The translations under genes were made by a program, and so were the position numbers. Positions 10,206 through 19,585 of a stretch of 64,000 nt of DNA are shown piece by piece. The stretch is from Candidatus Aminicenantes bacterium (lineage in GTDB: Bacteria; Acidobacteriota; Aminicenantia; Aminicenantales; JAFGBC01). Where the stretch lies: positions 3,104,001-3,168,000 of the forward strand of contig OY969696.1 in assembly GCA_963702005.1 (NCBI GenBank), read 5' to 3'. A model generated the notes under the pieces. It was not told where the DNA came from. It did not search any database and saw nothing but the letters and a program-made list of their open reading frames with translations. How positions within the stretch are numbered: the first letter of the stretch is position 1; every line of letters starts with the position of its first letter.

Positions 10206-10332
10206 TATTAGAAGTTCTTCATTATATGTCCAGCTAATGATAACGTTTGAATATCAGTATTATCCGCATCTCTTCTACGTCCAGTTTAATACGCTGCAAT
10301 TCTTAATTCCCATCTATTTCTTGGCGGTCTTT

Positions 10333-10992
10333 ATGCCTAAAAAGCTTGAGCAATTTGATACGGAGAAGGATGAGTGGTACAAACAGCCGAGGCTTTACAT
10401 AGATACGAAGAGCCTTGCCTATTCTCTTTACGAGGAGGGAACGGAGTTTAAATCCTTCCTTTCCAGGGACCTATCGAAAAAATTCGTCGATGGGCTTGAT
10501 TCGCTTCTCGACAACGGGAATAGCGAGAAAAAGGAAAGACTGAAGAAGCATAACGGCAACGGCTCTGACATGGGCGCGCTGCTAAAGTCGAACGGCAAGA
10601 TTAGGAAGCCGGTTATAAGCTTCTTCTCTGATAAGGCGCGGGTCCTTAGGGAAGAAATAGAGAAAATAAATCAGGACATGGAATCCAGAAAGGTAATACA
10701 CAGAGAAACGCAGCAAGACGTTTTTGCTGATTCGAAAGAGATCAAAAGGCTTCTCCAAGAAATCTCGCTGTATTCGCCTGGGACGAAACACTCGATTGAC
10801 CTGCGACGCATCGAGCTTGAGCGGGAGATGCTCGGCCTGCGGAAGGAATTGAGAATTTCGGGTCTCTCACTATGGAAAGATATCGTAATGCTCCGCCGCG
10901 AGCTCAGAGAAATAATCTTCGAATACCAGGCGCTAAAGCGCATGGCGGAGCTGGTCGAGAACGGAGGCGGGGCGCATGGCGTTTCAGGATGA
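10333..10992 (+). CDS. Coiled-coil hypothetical protein (partner of downstream ATPase)
   Basis: Charged helical ORF; ATG 10333 preferred over 10180; overlaps ATPase start. Confidence 0.7.
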   Translation: MPKKLEQFDTEKDEWYKQPRLYIDTKSLAYSLYEEGTEFKSFLSRDLSKKFVDGLDSLLDNGNSEKKERLKKHNGNGSDMGALLKSNGKIRKPVISFFSDKARVLREEIEKINQDMESRKVIHRETQQDVFADSKEIKRLLQEISLYSPGTKHSIDLRRIELEREMLGLRKELRISGLSLWKDIVMLRRELREIIFEYQALKRMAELVENGGGAHGVSG

Positions 10993-13021
10993 GATCGAAT
11001 CCCTTTTTCGCAAGCTTAAGCCGGTTCTGGGGAAGGATATCGATACCCTGTGGCTGGCTTACAATACTCAAACCGACCCGCGTTCGAGGGCAGAGATCGT
11101 CGGGATTCTGTTTTCCCTAGCTTCAAAGTATCTTGACGAGACATACGACAAGAAAGTTCTTCTAAGCCTGCCGGAGAAGGACAACATTTCTGGGGAATAC
11201 GAGCTCGGAAGGGTCGTTTACGGAGACCAGGAATATCATCCCTTTGGCCTACGCGAGAACGAATGGCTGAGGCACGTCGGCATATTCGGGACGACCGGCT
11301 CAGGGAAAACAAATTGCGCCTTTGTTCTTCTCTCTGTCCTACAAAAGATGAAGAAGCCTTTCCTTATCTTTGACTGGAAGAGGAATTATCGAGATCTTGT
11401 CGTCCTCGGCGATTTCTCCAGCCTGAAAATCTATACAATTGGCCGCGATACCTCTTCTCTCTTCTTCAATCCCCTGATTCCTCCTGCAGGGACGAAGCCG
11501 CAGGAGTGGCTGAAAAAGGTGATTGAGGTCATGTGCCATGCTTATTTCCTCGGCGAAGGCGTAGCTTTCCTCCTGCAAAAAGCGATTGACATGGCATATT
11601 CAGACTTCGGAGTTTATTCTGATTCGCCAGACGAATATCCGACTTTCAAAGACGTGCTTGCAATTCTTGAAAAGATGGAGGTCAAAGGCAGGAAGGCGCT
11701 GTGGATGGACTCGACGCTTCGAACGCTTGGCGTACTCTGCTTCGGCGAATTTGGCCGCGTCCTGAACGTGAGAAAGCCTTATCCGCTTGCCAATTTGTTG
11801 AAGGAAAATGTGATTCTGGAGCTCGATGCGCTGACGAATTCCGACAAGACGTTTTTCATCGAGGCGCTGCTGCTGTGGATTCACCATTACAGGCTCTCGG
11901 AGGGCGAAAGAGAGGTTTTCAAGCACGCGATTGTCATTGAAGAAGCTCATCACATCCTGCTTCGTAAAAAGCAGGAAATGACAGGAACGGAAGCGATAAC
12001 GGACATCATCCTTCGAGAGATCCGTGAGCTCGGCGAAGCGATAATCCTGATTGACCAGCATCCATCGCTTATTTCTCTGCCGGCGCTTGGAAACACATAC
12101 ACGACCATTTGCTTCGGCCTGAAGCACAGGGCGGACATGTATACGATAAGCGAATCATTGCTTCTCGAAAAGGACCAGGTCGATTTCCTGGGCCAGCTTG
12201 AAACGGGCCTGGCCATCGTCAAGCTCCAGGGCCGCTACTTCAAGCCCTTCCTTGTGCGCTTCCCTCTGTTTCCCATACGGAAAGGCGTCGTTTCCGATTC
12301 CGACCTTCTGAGGCGGAATGGAAGTCATTTGCAAGAAAGCGAGGTTGTCAGGCTCAAGCGCGGCCTCGACGGGCTTGTCAGGTCGCTTGAAGGTTTGGTT
12401 AATAAGGAGGGGGCGGAGGTTGTTTTAACTGAAGATGAGAGGCGATTCCTAGCGGACATCGCCAGAAATCCGATATCGGGCGTCGTTGCACGATATGCGA
12501 GGATAGGGATAAACAGATATCAGGGAAATCATATCCAGGGAAAGCTCCTTGAGAAAAAGCTTATTTCCTGGAGGCCTGTTGCCACCAGGAAAGGCCGCCT
12601 AAAGGTGTTCGTGCTGACGGACGAGGGGAAGAAAGCGATTCCCGACGTTCGCGTCGAAAAGGTCTTCCATAAGGCTGGAAGTTTCGAGCATGAGTCGGCG
12701 AAGCTTAAGGCCGGCGAGCATTACAGGCGGAAAGGCTACGCCGTGACCTACGAATATAAGCTCCCTGGCGGGCGGGCGGTGGACGTCGTCGCTGAGAAAG
12801 ACGGGAAGAGGATAGCGATAGAAATTGAGACGGGCAAAAGCGACTCGCTTTATAACATCAGGAAGGATCTGGAGGCGGGGTTTGAGGAGGTGCTGGTCAT
12901 CGCACTCGATAAAAGAACGAAGGATTCAATTGAGCGGGACACGAATAATCTCGATATTACTTTCCCACATCGCAAAAAGGTGATTATTGCGTCTGAAACC
13001 GTTGTTCAGAACTTAATCTGA
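10976..13021 (+). CDS. HerA/VirD4-like (DUF87) ATPase fused to wHTH and PD-(D/E)XK nuclease-like domain
   Basis: GTTGSGKT, FDWKRNY, IVIEEAH, LIDQHP; C-terminal VDVVAEKDGKRIAIEIETGKS. Confidence 0.85.
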   Translation: MAFQDEIESLFRKLKPVLGKDIDTLWLAYNTQTDPRSRAEIVGILFSLASKYLDETYDKKVLLSLPEKDNISGEYELGRVVYGDQEYHPFGLRENEWLRHVGIFGTTGSGKTNCAFVLLSVLQKMKKPFLIFDWKRNYRDLVVLGDFSSLKIYTIGRDTSSLFFNPLIPPAGTKPQEWLKKVIEVMCHAYFLGEGVAFLLQKAIDMAYSDFGVYSDSPDEYPTFKDVLAILEKMEVKGRKALWMDSTLRTLGVLCFGEFGRVLNVRKPYPLANLLKENVILELDALTNSDKTFFIEALLLWIHHYRLSEGEREVFKHAIVIEEAHHILLRKKQEMTGTEAITDIILREIRELGEAIILIDQHPSLISLPALGNTYTTICFGLKHRADMYTISESLLLEKDQVDFLGQLETGLAIVKLQGRYFKPFLVRFPLFPIRKGVVSDSDLLRRNGSHLQESEVVRLKRGLDGLVRSLEGLVNKEGAEVVLTEDERRFLADIARNPISGVVARYARIGINRYQGNHIQGKLLEKKLISWRPVATRKGRLKVFVLTDEGKKAIPDVRVEKVFHKAGSFEHESAKLKAGEHYRRKGYAVTYEYKLPGGRAVDVVAEKDGKRIAIEIETGKSDSLYNIRKDLEAGFEEVLVIALDKRTKDSIERDTNNLDITFPHRKKVIIASETVVQNLI

Positions 13022-14689
13022 CATTGTCCTTACAGCAGTCTCCCTTACCCCGGCTAATCGCGCAGAAATCTCGTTCACGCATCGACCTAACCTAATCGGA
13101 ATTGCCTTGCCTTCTTTAAACTTCACTAGCGCATCTCTATCGTCTCGATATTCGTTTAATTGTGAGTGATCTTTGATATAGCTTTCTAAAACTAGGCAAT
13201 AAGGCGCTGCTTGTCTGTTATCCACATCTAGGTCGGCGAGCTTTTCAATAGCATGAGCCAAATAGTTTATCAGTAGGCAGTGTTCTTGATCGCCAACGAA
13301 ATATACGTCGCCTTCCCCCACTCCAGCCCTCGCCTGAAAACGGAAGGGATCTTCAGAAATTGAATCCAGCATAAGCAGATGATACATCGAGAGTGCTGTC
13401 GAAAACATGCAACCTGAGAAATTATCGAAATAAGCGGAAAGCTTGTCGCCCGCATTTTCTTCTTTGGGTGAAATCTTGCCCCCGAACAGAATTGACCAGT
13501 TCTTGGGGACTGCGGTAATCCGCTTAAACCATTCATGGTATTTCCTCAGGACGGGAGAGGAAATATTCCTCGTCAAGAAATCCAGAATATAGGAACTCTT
13601 CTTAATGTCATAAAAAGATATATGACTCCGGGGACTTTCGTATCCCATGACATTTCGCTGATGAGCCAAGAAATAAGTGAAATCGAATTTTCCAAGCAAA
13701 GCCCTGTTCCATAGACCCACTTCGTCCAATATCTTTTGAAGAGTGCCTATCAGCACGTCGTCGGCAGGCACTTTTTCTCTAAGGGCGCATGACTTTAGCT
13801 CATGCATAGAAATTAAAAGACTTTCCAACTCCTTAAGCATTGCGCTCTTAGAAATTCCCGGTTCGGGAAATAGCTTCATCTGCCTGGAAAACTCCATAGT
13901 GAGGAGCCTAATGACCTCCCACGTCTTCAACAGGTAAGAGGATACGCCTTCAACGAGATCGTATAGAATCGAATCAGGCGGAAACGTGCGCACTCTAGCC
14001 AATAAATTCTTCCTCAGTATTGATTTTATGCCACTTCCCAAGCGCTCTTTTATCAACCCCGAACTTTTTAGCAATGCTATTTTTTCTTTGAGCGAACCGA
14101 CGGTATCTGTTATTTTCTTATCCGTCTCTTGTTTGCGTCTTTCTATGGTTTCCGGTTTTTGAGGCCGCTCAAGATAGAACGTCTTCCTTACGTAATCGTA
14201 TATATCGCTGGCTATTATCTCCAAATCGCCTATAAGAAAACTCATCCCGCCATCGTCATTCCTGAACATGTCAATAAATGTCAGGTTGGAAAGCCCTCCT
14301 TCGGTTTTCCAGATGTCGATTAATTCGGCGATTGTGCTTTCGTATTGGAACAAGTACGCCTTTGTTCTGAGAATGTCGATTTTGTTCATAAACCTATCAG
14401 TGTATGTAAAAGCTGTTCCATCGCCAGTGGTTTCCTTGTCATAATAACGTGATTCGAGCGATTCCAGAACGAGAGGAGGCCTTTCTACGACCAGAAAATT
14501 GGGTTGCCATAGATTGACGGAGCCTCGCCGGAAGATCTTGGTATCCATGTATTCTATGGATACATTCAAAATATTTCGAGAAATGGAGAGCATTTTCTCT
14601 ACGGCACCAAGGGGAACTTTCTTCTCTCCCTTCAATCTTTCCGATGTATAGGAAGTCAGTGCAATGAATTCGGTAATTTGATTTTCCAT
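13013..14689 (-). CDS. Hypothetical helical protein (558 aa)
   Basis: Long ORF 10 bp downstream of PRTase gene; no recognised motif. Confidence 0.7.
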   Translation of the reverse strand: MENQITEFIALTSYTSERLKGEKKVPLGAVEKMLSISRNILNVSIEYMDTKIFRRGSVNLWQPNFLVVERPPLVLESLESRYYDKETTGDGTAFTYTDRFMNKIDILRTKAYLFQYESTIAELIDIWKTEGGLSNLTFIDMFRNDDGGMSFLIGDLEIIASDIYDYVRKTFYLERPQKPETIERRKQETDKKITDTVGSLKEKIALLKSSGLIKERLGSGIKSILRKNLLARVRTFPPDSILYDLVEGVSSYLLKTWEVIRLLTMEFSRQMKLFPEPGISKSAMLKELESLLISMHELKSCALREKVPADDVLIGTLQKILDEVGLWNRALLGKFDFTYFLAHQRNVMGYESPRSHISFYDIKKSSYILDFLTRNISSPVLRKYHEWFKRITAVPKNWSILFGGKISPKEENAGDKLSAYFDNFSGCMFSTALSMYHLLMLDSISEDPFRFQARAGVGEGDVYFVGDQEHCLLINYLAHAIEKLADLDVDNRQAAPYCLVLESYIKDHSQLNEYRDDRDALVKFKEGKAIPIRLGRCVNEISARLAGVRETAVRTMSD

Positions 14690-14698
14690 TTCTTGTCG

Positions 14699-16036
14699 CT
14701 AGAGATAAAGACGGACGGTGCCCGCCTCCGACATCCTGTAGCTTCTCTTGGCCTCGTGTGCGCCATTGCGTTGACGAACATCAAACATCGGGCTGCAGTA
14801 CCCATAATCATTCAGAACTTCGACGCCAATCGAAACCTCAAGCCGAGATCGTCCTGTTTGCTCCGTCAGTTCCCCAATATCTCTTCCGACAGATTTCCAA
14901 AAGTACAGATTCTTTTCAGATTTGTTTTCCTCGCGATAGTTGGAATCAAGGACCCGCATGAGATCCTTTGTCAAAGATTGAATGTCATCCGGATAGACAG
15001 CATCGCCGGTTGCATCGTCCTTTAATAATATAACATTCGCCTGATTATCTGCACTCCCCGCATAAGACTTCCACAAGCTTTCCAATTCGATGGCGACGCG
15101 TTTTCCGAAATATTGTTCCAAACGGGGCATCTCCATGCGGAAGTCCGTAAGAGCTATTCCGCACTTGCCTATGTCCGAGATCAAGTTCCGCGCCTGCCTT
15201 AATCGCGTAGAAAGCGAGAAGCTCTCATAGAGATTCCTCGTCTTTACTTCTCCGTCTTGCCAGGGTTTTGACAGGATTTTTTCGGATTCTCTCCAAAGCG
15301 GATCAGAAACGCTAAGGTCGGGAGCGATGAGCAGCGAAGGGAAGTATTGTGCAGAAATCCTCATCACATGCCCGCTCGCATCTACATTGAAGCGAATCTT
15401 ATTTGAGCATGAATCCCTCGCGATTCTAGTATCCACTTCAGGAGACCAGGAGGGATAATGCACGCTCCAAGTCTTGCACATGGGGTGGCGCTTATACTCT
15501 ACGACGTAACCAGCGTATTTCGATATATCAAGAAGCGCCTCTGCACTATCGTTATCTCGCAAGTAAGCCGAGAATAAAAGGTGATCGGGATTCGACGGCC
15601 TGAACTTAAGTGAAAGCTGTGATAATTCCTCTATGAGATTCTCAAGTTGCTCTTTCTTCAGAATCGTCGAGAAATTTATGCCGTCTATGTGTCTATATTC
15701 CCTAGCTTCTTCGCTGTCGAACAACGCAAATGCATATTTGCCTACGTCGCTCAGACCTTTTTTTGCTAAGTCGTTGGCGAGTGCATTTATCGTTTTACCT
15801 GTAAAAACCGCATCGTCGATGATTGCCGCCCTTTTTCCATTAATTTCTTTTGGCTCAAGGAAATCAATGGCTCTACTATACATAATTTTCGGTCTTGAAT
15901 GATCTAGAGACGAAATTACTTCATTGAGAACGAGCGCTCCCTTCGATTCAATCGGGATAATGAAATCATAATTTTGGGATAGTACCTCTGATTCCAAGAA
16001 CTCCTTGAACTGAGGAAAAAGCTCCGACATATTCAT
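14699..16036 (-). CDS. Phosphoribosyltransferase-domain protein with probable C-terminal wHTH
   Basis: PRPP-binding loop AAIIDDAVFTGKT; C-terminal IGELTEQTGRSRLEV. Confidence 0.75.
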   Translation of the reverse strand: MNMSELFPQFKEFLESEVLSQNYDFIIPIESKGALVLNEVISSLDHSRPKIMYSRAIDFLEPKEINGKRAAIIDDAVFTGKTINALANDLAKKGLSDVGKYAFALFDSEEAREYRHIDGINFSTILKKEQLENLIEELSQLSLKFRPSNPDHLLFSAYLRDNDSAEALLDISKYAGYVVEYKRHPMCKTWSVHYPSWSPEVDTRIARDSCSNKIRFNVDASGHVMRISAQYFPSLLIAPDLSVSDPLWRESEKILSKPWQDGEVKTRNLYESFSLSTRLRQARNLISDIGKCGIALTDFRMEMPRLEQYFGKRVAIELESLWKSYAGSADNQANVILLKDDATGDAVYPDDIQSLTKDLMRVLDSNYREENKSEKNLYFWKSVGRDIGELTEQTGRSRLEVSIGVEVLNDYGYCSPMFDVRQRNGAHEAKRSYRMSEAGTVRLYL

Positions 16037-16119
16037 TGAAATATTCCCTTCGTTTTATAAAAGCATATTCTCCCGCCCCGTTACTGAAGTGGACACTGAT
16101 GTCTAGATTATCCAACGAT

Positions 16120-17373
16120 TTAGTCGTTGTCAAGAACGGCGTCCCGTCCAGGCACGATAAAAGCCAAGACGCTCAGAATGAGCTCTCTGTTCGGGTCGTC
16201 CGGTTGACGAAGGACAAAGCGGAATTCCGTCTCACCCGTCCTGCCTACGTCTCTCTTATAGCAAGCATGAGCCCGGACGACATCGGGTATTTTCGCTAAA
16301 ACGTCGCTAAACCTCTTCCCCCGGTAAAAAAGAATGATCGCCGTCTTAGTGTCCCTCCAGCTTGCGTAACCGAGGATTTGATCGATGGTTTCGGAAAAGG
16401 CTTTTTCGCCTTTCCAGAATTTGCACTCTGCGATGAAGGCATTCCTGCCTTCGTGCCTGATAAGGATGTCGGTTTTGCCGCTGTAATTAAATGTTTCGCC
16501 CGTTGCGGCGCCTTCATATTGGGCGTTGAGCTGGATGAGAAAGTGCTGGCGCAAATCTTCTTCCTTCATGCCCTCAAAAGCGCTCGGACTCCTTTCAAGC
16601 ACCAAAGCCATGTTCTTCACGATGGACAGAATGTTTTCGTATTCGGCCATTTCCAGGGCGGGCTCTGGAGCAAACGGCTTGCTTGTTGCCGTCGGCCTTG
16701 CTATTCTTGGCTTTCTCTTTACCTCAGGTATAGCATACGTCCTAGGCATGTCTTCACGCTTCCTGACGGGAATGCCAAGTTTCTCTACCAAATCGAGGTC
16801 CTTTAGTATCTTCCGCTTGCGCAGCCTGAATGCCTCCCGTATGAAAGGCTCAAACTCTTTGTTGAAGCCTTCTATGTTGCTCCTGACCCAGCCAAGATAT
16901 TGCTGAATGTCGCTGATCCTTCTTGATATCTCTTTTCCCAGCTCCTCGGCGTTCGGTTCAGTTTGCTGATAAACGAGGCACACTTCCTGGCCGACGACTT
17001 CTCCTCGCGGAGGGCTCATGGTGTAGGGGCTCGGAGTATATTTAAAGAACGTGCCGTCTCCGCTGAACGGAACCGAAACAGTCAGCGTGACGCCTTTGAC
17101 ATAGCACGGACGGCTCCTGTCAAAAACGGCTCTCATCCTGTCCTGGCTGACGTCGATGTCCACGTCGGAGGGCGCAGAAATGCACTTGTTATCCGGGTCG
17201 AGGATTGGGGGTTCGATCGAATACTTGTCCGCAAAATGCCTGACGAAGTCTTCCTCGCTCGAATTCAGAAGAGAGTTCGTCTCGATGGCCTCGACTTCTT
17301 TCTTTGCATGCTCCTTGACCGCCTCAATATAATCCCTCAATTCCCCATGGCCATAAAATAGAAGCTCCTGCAT
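16120..17373 (-). CDS. Protein with C-terminal PD-(D/E)XK restriction-endonuclease-like domain
   Basis: EEDLR...GKTDILIRHEGRNAFIAECKFW; ATG at 17373. Confidence 0.75.
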   Translation of the reverse strand: MQELLFYGHGELRDYIEAVKEHAKKEVEAIETNSLLNSSEEDFVRHFADKYSIEPPILDPDNKCISAPSDVDIDVSQDRMRAVFDRSRPCYVKGVTLTVSVPFSGDGTFFKYTPSPYTMSPPRGEVVGQEVCLVYQQTEPNAEELGKEISRRISDIQQYLGWVRSNIEGFNKEFEPFIREAFRLRKRKILKDLDLVEKLGIPVRKREDMPRTYAIPEVKRKPRIARPTATSKPFAPEPALEMAEYENILSIVKNMALVLERSPSAFEGMKEEDLRQHFLIQLNAQYEGAATGETFNYSGKTDILIRHEGRNAFIAECKFWKGEKAFSETIDQILGYASWRDTKTAIILFYRGKRFSDVLAKIPDVVRAHACYKRDVGRTGETEFRFVLRQPDDPNRELILSVLAFIVPGRDAVLDND

Positions 17374-17584
17374 TAGATGCCTCTTGCCTAATCTCATTTG
17401 AAAGATAGCAATATAAACGATGCGAGTCAATTTGAAACATGCTGCATTCCCGTCTTCAGATAGGTGCCCCGGATGCCGGCGGCAACTTTATAAACCCGCT
17501 TGACCATAATTTAATCAATTATTCTCGCTAGCGTTCCGCAAGGGACGTTAGAAAATATCCGCTATAGCTTGACGAGGGCTTGGA

Positions 17585-18154
17585 ATGGACAAAGTCGCGG
17601 TTTTCATTGACAACGGCTATTTCAAGAAGATACAGGACCATTTCAAAACGAGGGTAGATTACGAAAAGTTCTCGAACGAGATAGTCGGCCCCGGTTTCGA
17701 GCGGTTCAGAACCTACGTATACGATTGCCCGCCGTATCAGTCCAATCCGCCCATTCATGAGCAGTCGGTAATGAAGTCCCAGTTCGACTCGTTCAAGTAC
17801 AACATATCCCGCCTGCCCAGATTCGAATTCCGGACGGGCAGGCTCCAGCTCCTCAGGGATTCGAACGGGAACGTCATCATGAATGAAAACGGTTCTCCGG
17901 AATTCAGGCAGAAGGGGGTCGACATGGCCCTCGGCATCGACACAGCGAAACTTTCAAGCAAAGGTACGGTGCAAAAGATCATCATAGTGGCCGGAGACAG
18001 CGATTTCGTCCCCGCCATCATAGCCGCCAAATCAGAAGGCGTTCTCGTCACCCTATATTATTCCCAAATCGGCTACATTCACGACAGCTTGTACGAAGCA
18101 TGCGATGACCGGATAGAGTTAACGAAAGCGCTGTTCGAGAAATGCAAGCGATAA
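17585..18154 (+). CDS. NYN/LabA PIN-like RNase
   Basis: VFIDNGY, QKGVDMALGID, AGDSDFVP, ACD. Confidence 0.92.
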   Translation: MDKVAVFIDNGYFKKIQDHFKTRVDYEKFSNEIVGPGFERFRTYVYDCPPYQSNPPIHEQSVMKSQFDSFKYNISRLPRFEFRTGRLQLLRDSNGNVIMNENGSPEFRQKGVDMALGIDTAKLSSKGTVQKIIIVAGDSDFVPAIIAAKSEGVLVTLYYSQIGYIHDSLYEACDDRIELTKALFEKCKR

Positions 18155-18220
18155 GGCGCGTTCCCGGCGTGCCGAGGCCGCCGCGGACGTTTGCCAGATT
18201 AGGCGGCTTTTTTCTTGCTT

Positions 18221-18577
18221 TCACCAGGGTAGATTGACCTCAATCGACGAAGCGTCCGGCAGCCTGTCCCCGACTTTCGGAGCAAGTCTATCTCCGAGGT
18301 ATCTTTCTACGCCGTCCTTCTGATGGCTTGGGACGCTCGCCCAGGTAACAAAAAGACCCAGATTCCTGAAGGCCAGAATCTGTGAATCCTGTCTATGTTG
18401 TGCGATTCTATCCCTGATGACGCCCTGCCCTGCTCTGACCGTATGCGACGGATTCCCCCCATGCCAGATGACGTAAACGCCTTCCATGCCGTCGAAATGA
18501 TCGTTAGACAAATTGACGGTGAGGAAGTCGCACCATGACTCGCCAGTGCATTTAATCCAATTCAAAGTAATCGGCAT
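18221..18577 (-). CDS. Divergent GIY-YIG-like protein
   Basis: GVYVIW...RAGQG.IRDRIAQHR...VERYL. Confidence 0.55.
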   Translation of the reverse strand: MPITLNWIKCTGESWCDFLTVNLSNDHFDGMEGVYVIWHGGNPSHTVRAGQGVIRDRIAQHRQDSQILAFRNLGLFVTWASVPSHQKDGVERYLGDRLAPKVGDRLPDASSIEVNLPW

Positions 18578-18618
18578 AATGTCCCCTTTAAAAAAATGTG
18601 CTTACGAATTAAAAAGCT

Positions 18619-18846
18619 CTACTTCTTTCCCTTATCCGGCTTCTCCGGCGGCTTCCTTGGCGGAGGAGGGGGCACAAAGCCTTTCTTCTCTGGAGGCTCC
18701 GGTTTCTTTGGAGGTCCCGGAGGCACGTAACCTTTCCTGATATCTACTTTTTTATCTTCCGACATGTGTGCCCCCTTCATTAAGCGAGGGTTCTGGGGAC
18801 AAAAGCCTCCCTGGATTTTCGCCAGTATCTTTTTCTCTTCCGACAT
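18619..18846 (-). CDS. Small Pro/Lys-rich repeat peptide(s)
   Basis: Two MSE(E/D)KK starts (18846, 18765) and repeated KG(Y/F)VPP motif. Confidence 0.5.
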   Translation of the reverse strand: MSEEKKILAKIQGGFCPQNPRLMKGAHMSEDKKVDIRKGYVPPGPPKKPEPPEKKGFVPPPPPRKPPEKPDKGKK

Positions 18847-18857
18847 GCTTTACTCTC

Positions 18858-19307
18858 CTAATGCGGCATGTTCTTGGATACGAAGACCACGAGGAGAATC
18901 ACTCCAAGAATGAAAGCCGCTATCGAAGTTATGTTCAGGCCGAGCGTCCACTGGGCGGCTTTGTTTTTTTCGCTCTCTCTTTTCTTCCCGTCGAAAATCA
19001 CTTTCTCCAGGATTTCGATTTGCTTGCGACAGGCGCACTGACTGACCAGGAAAGAAATCAACGTGGAGAGCAGGCTTGTGCCGAAGCCCGCCCATGCGAC
19101 CAGCAGCCAGGCGAATGTACCCTGCCTAATGGCAGGGACGATTTCCTTGACAAAGGCGAGGGAAAAGCCGAATGCGCCCGCGGCGAGCGTCAGGATGGTC
19201 TTGTCGAACTTATGGGTTTCTTCGGCCTGTGATTGGATGAGCTTCGCCCGTTCATCGAGGTAGACCTTATATTCGTCTTCCCGGCTTCGGTTCTCTTCGC
19301 ACATCAC
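18858..19307 (-). CDS. Three-TM membrane protein
   Basis: Hydrophobic helices; sigma70 promoter upstream. Confidence 0.75.
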   Translation of the reverse strand: MMCEENRSREDEYKVYLDERAKLIQSQAEETHKFDKTILTLAAGAFGFSLAFVKEIVPAIRQGTFAWLLVAWAGFGTSLLSTLISFLVSQCACRKQIEILEKVIFDGKKRESEKNKAAQWTLGLNITSIAAFILGVILLVVFVSKNMPH

Positions 19308-19321
19308 CTAACCCGAAAATA

Positions 19322-19350
19322 ACTATAAGCCGCCTCTTAGCCGATGTCAA
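19322..19350 (-). promoter_or_regulatory. sigma70-like promoter
   Basis: TTGACA-N17-TATAGT. Confidence 0.6.
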
Positions 19351-19585
19351 TTTTATTTAGAAATAAGCTACGCCTTCTTCCTCCCCGTTCCCTAATGGAA
19401 AGCAAGAATTTGTGCAAACGCAATACGATAGGCTTTTTCCAGCAGCTAATAAAATGAGCCGATCTTAAAACCTGTTTGGAGCCGAATTGTTTTCTCTTTA
19501 TGTTTAAACATTTATATAGTTTTTATCGGCATTTCTGGCATTCCGTATAAACAAGGCTTAAAACGCTTTCGGTCAACATATTTTC

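Noticed and set aside
10180-10332. N-terminal extensions given by the ORF track (also 24263, 28771, 39353, 17430)
   Set aside because: They overlap promoters or upstream genes; downstream starts have better SD or coupling.
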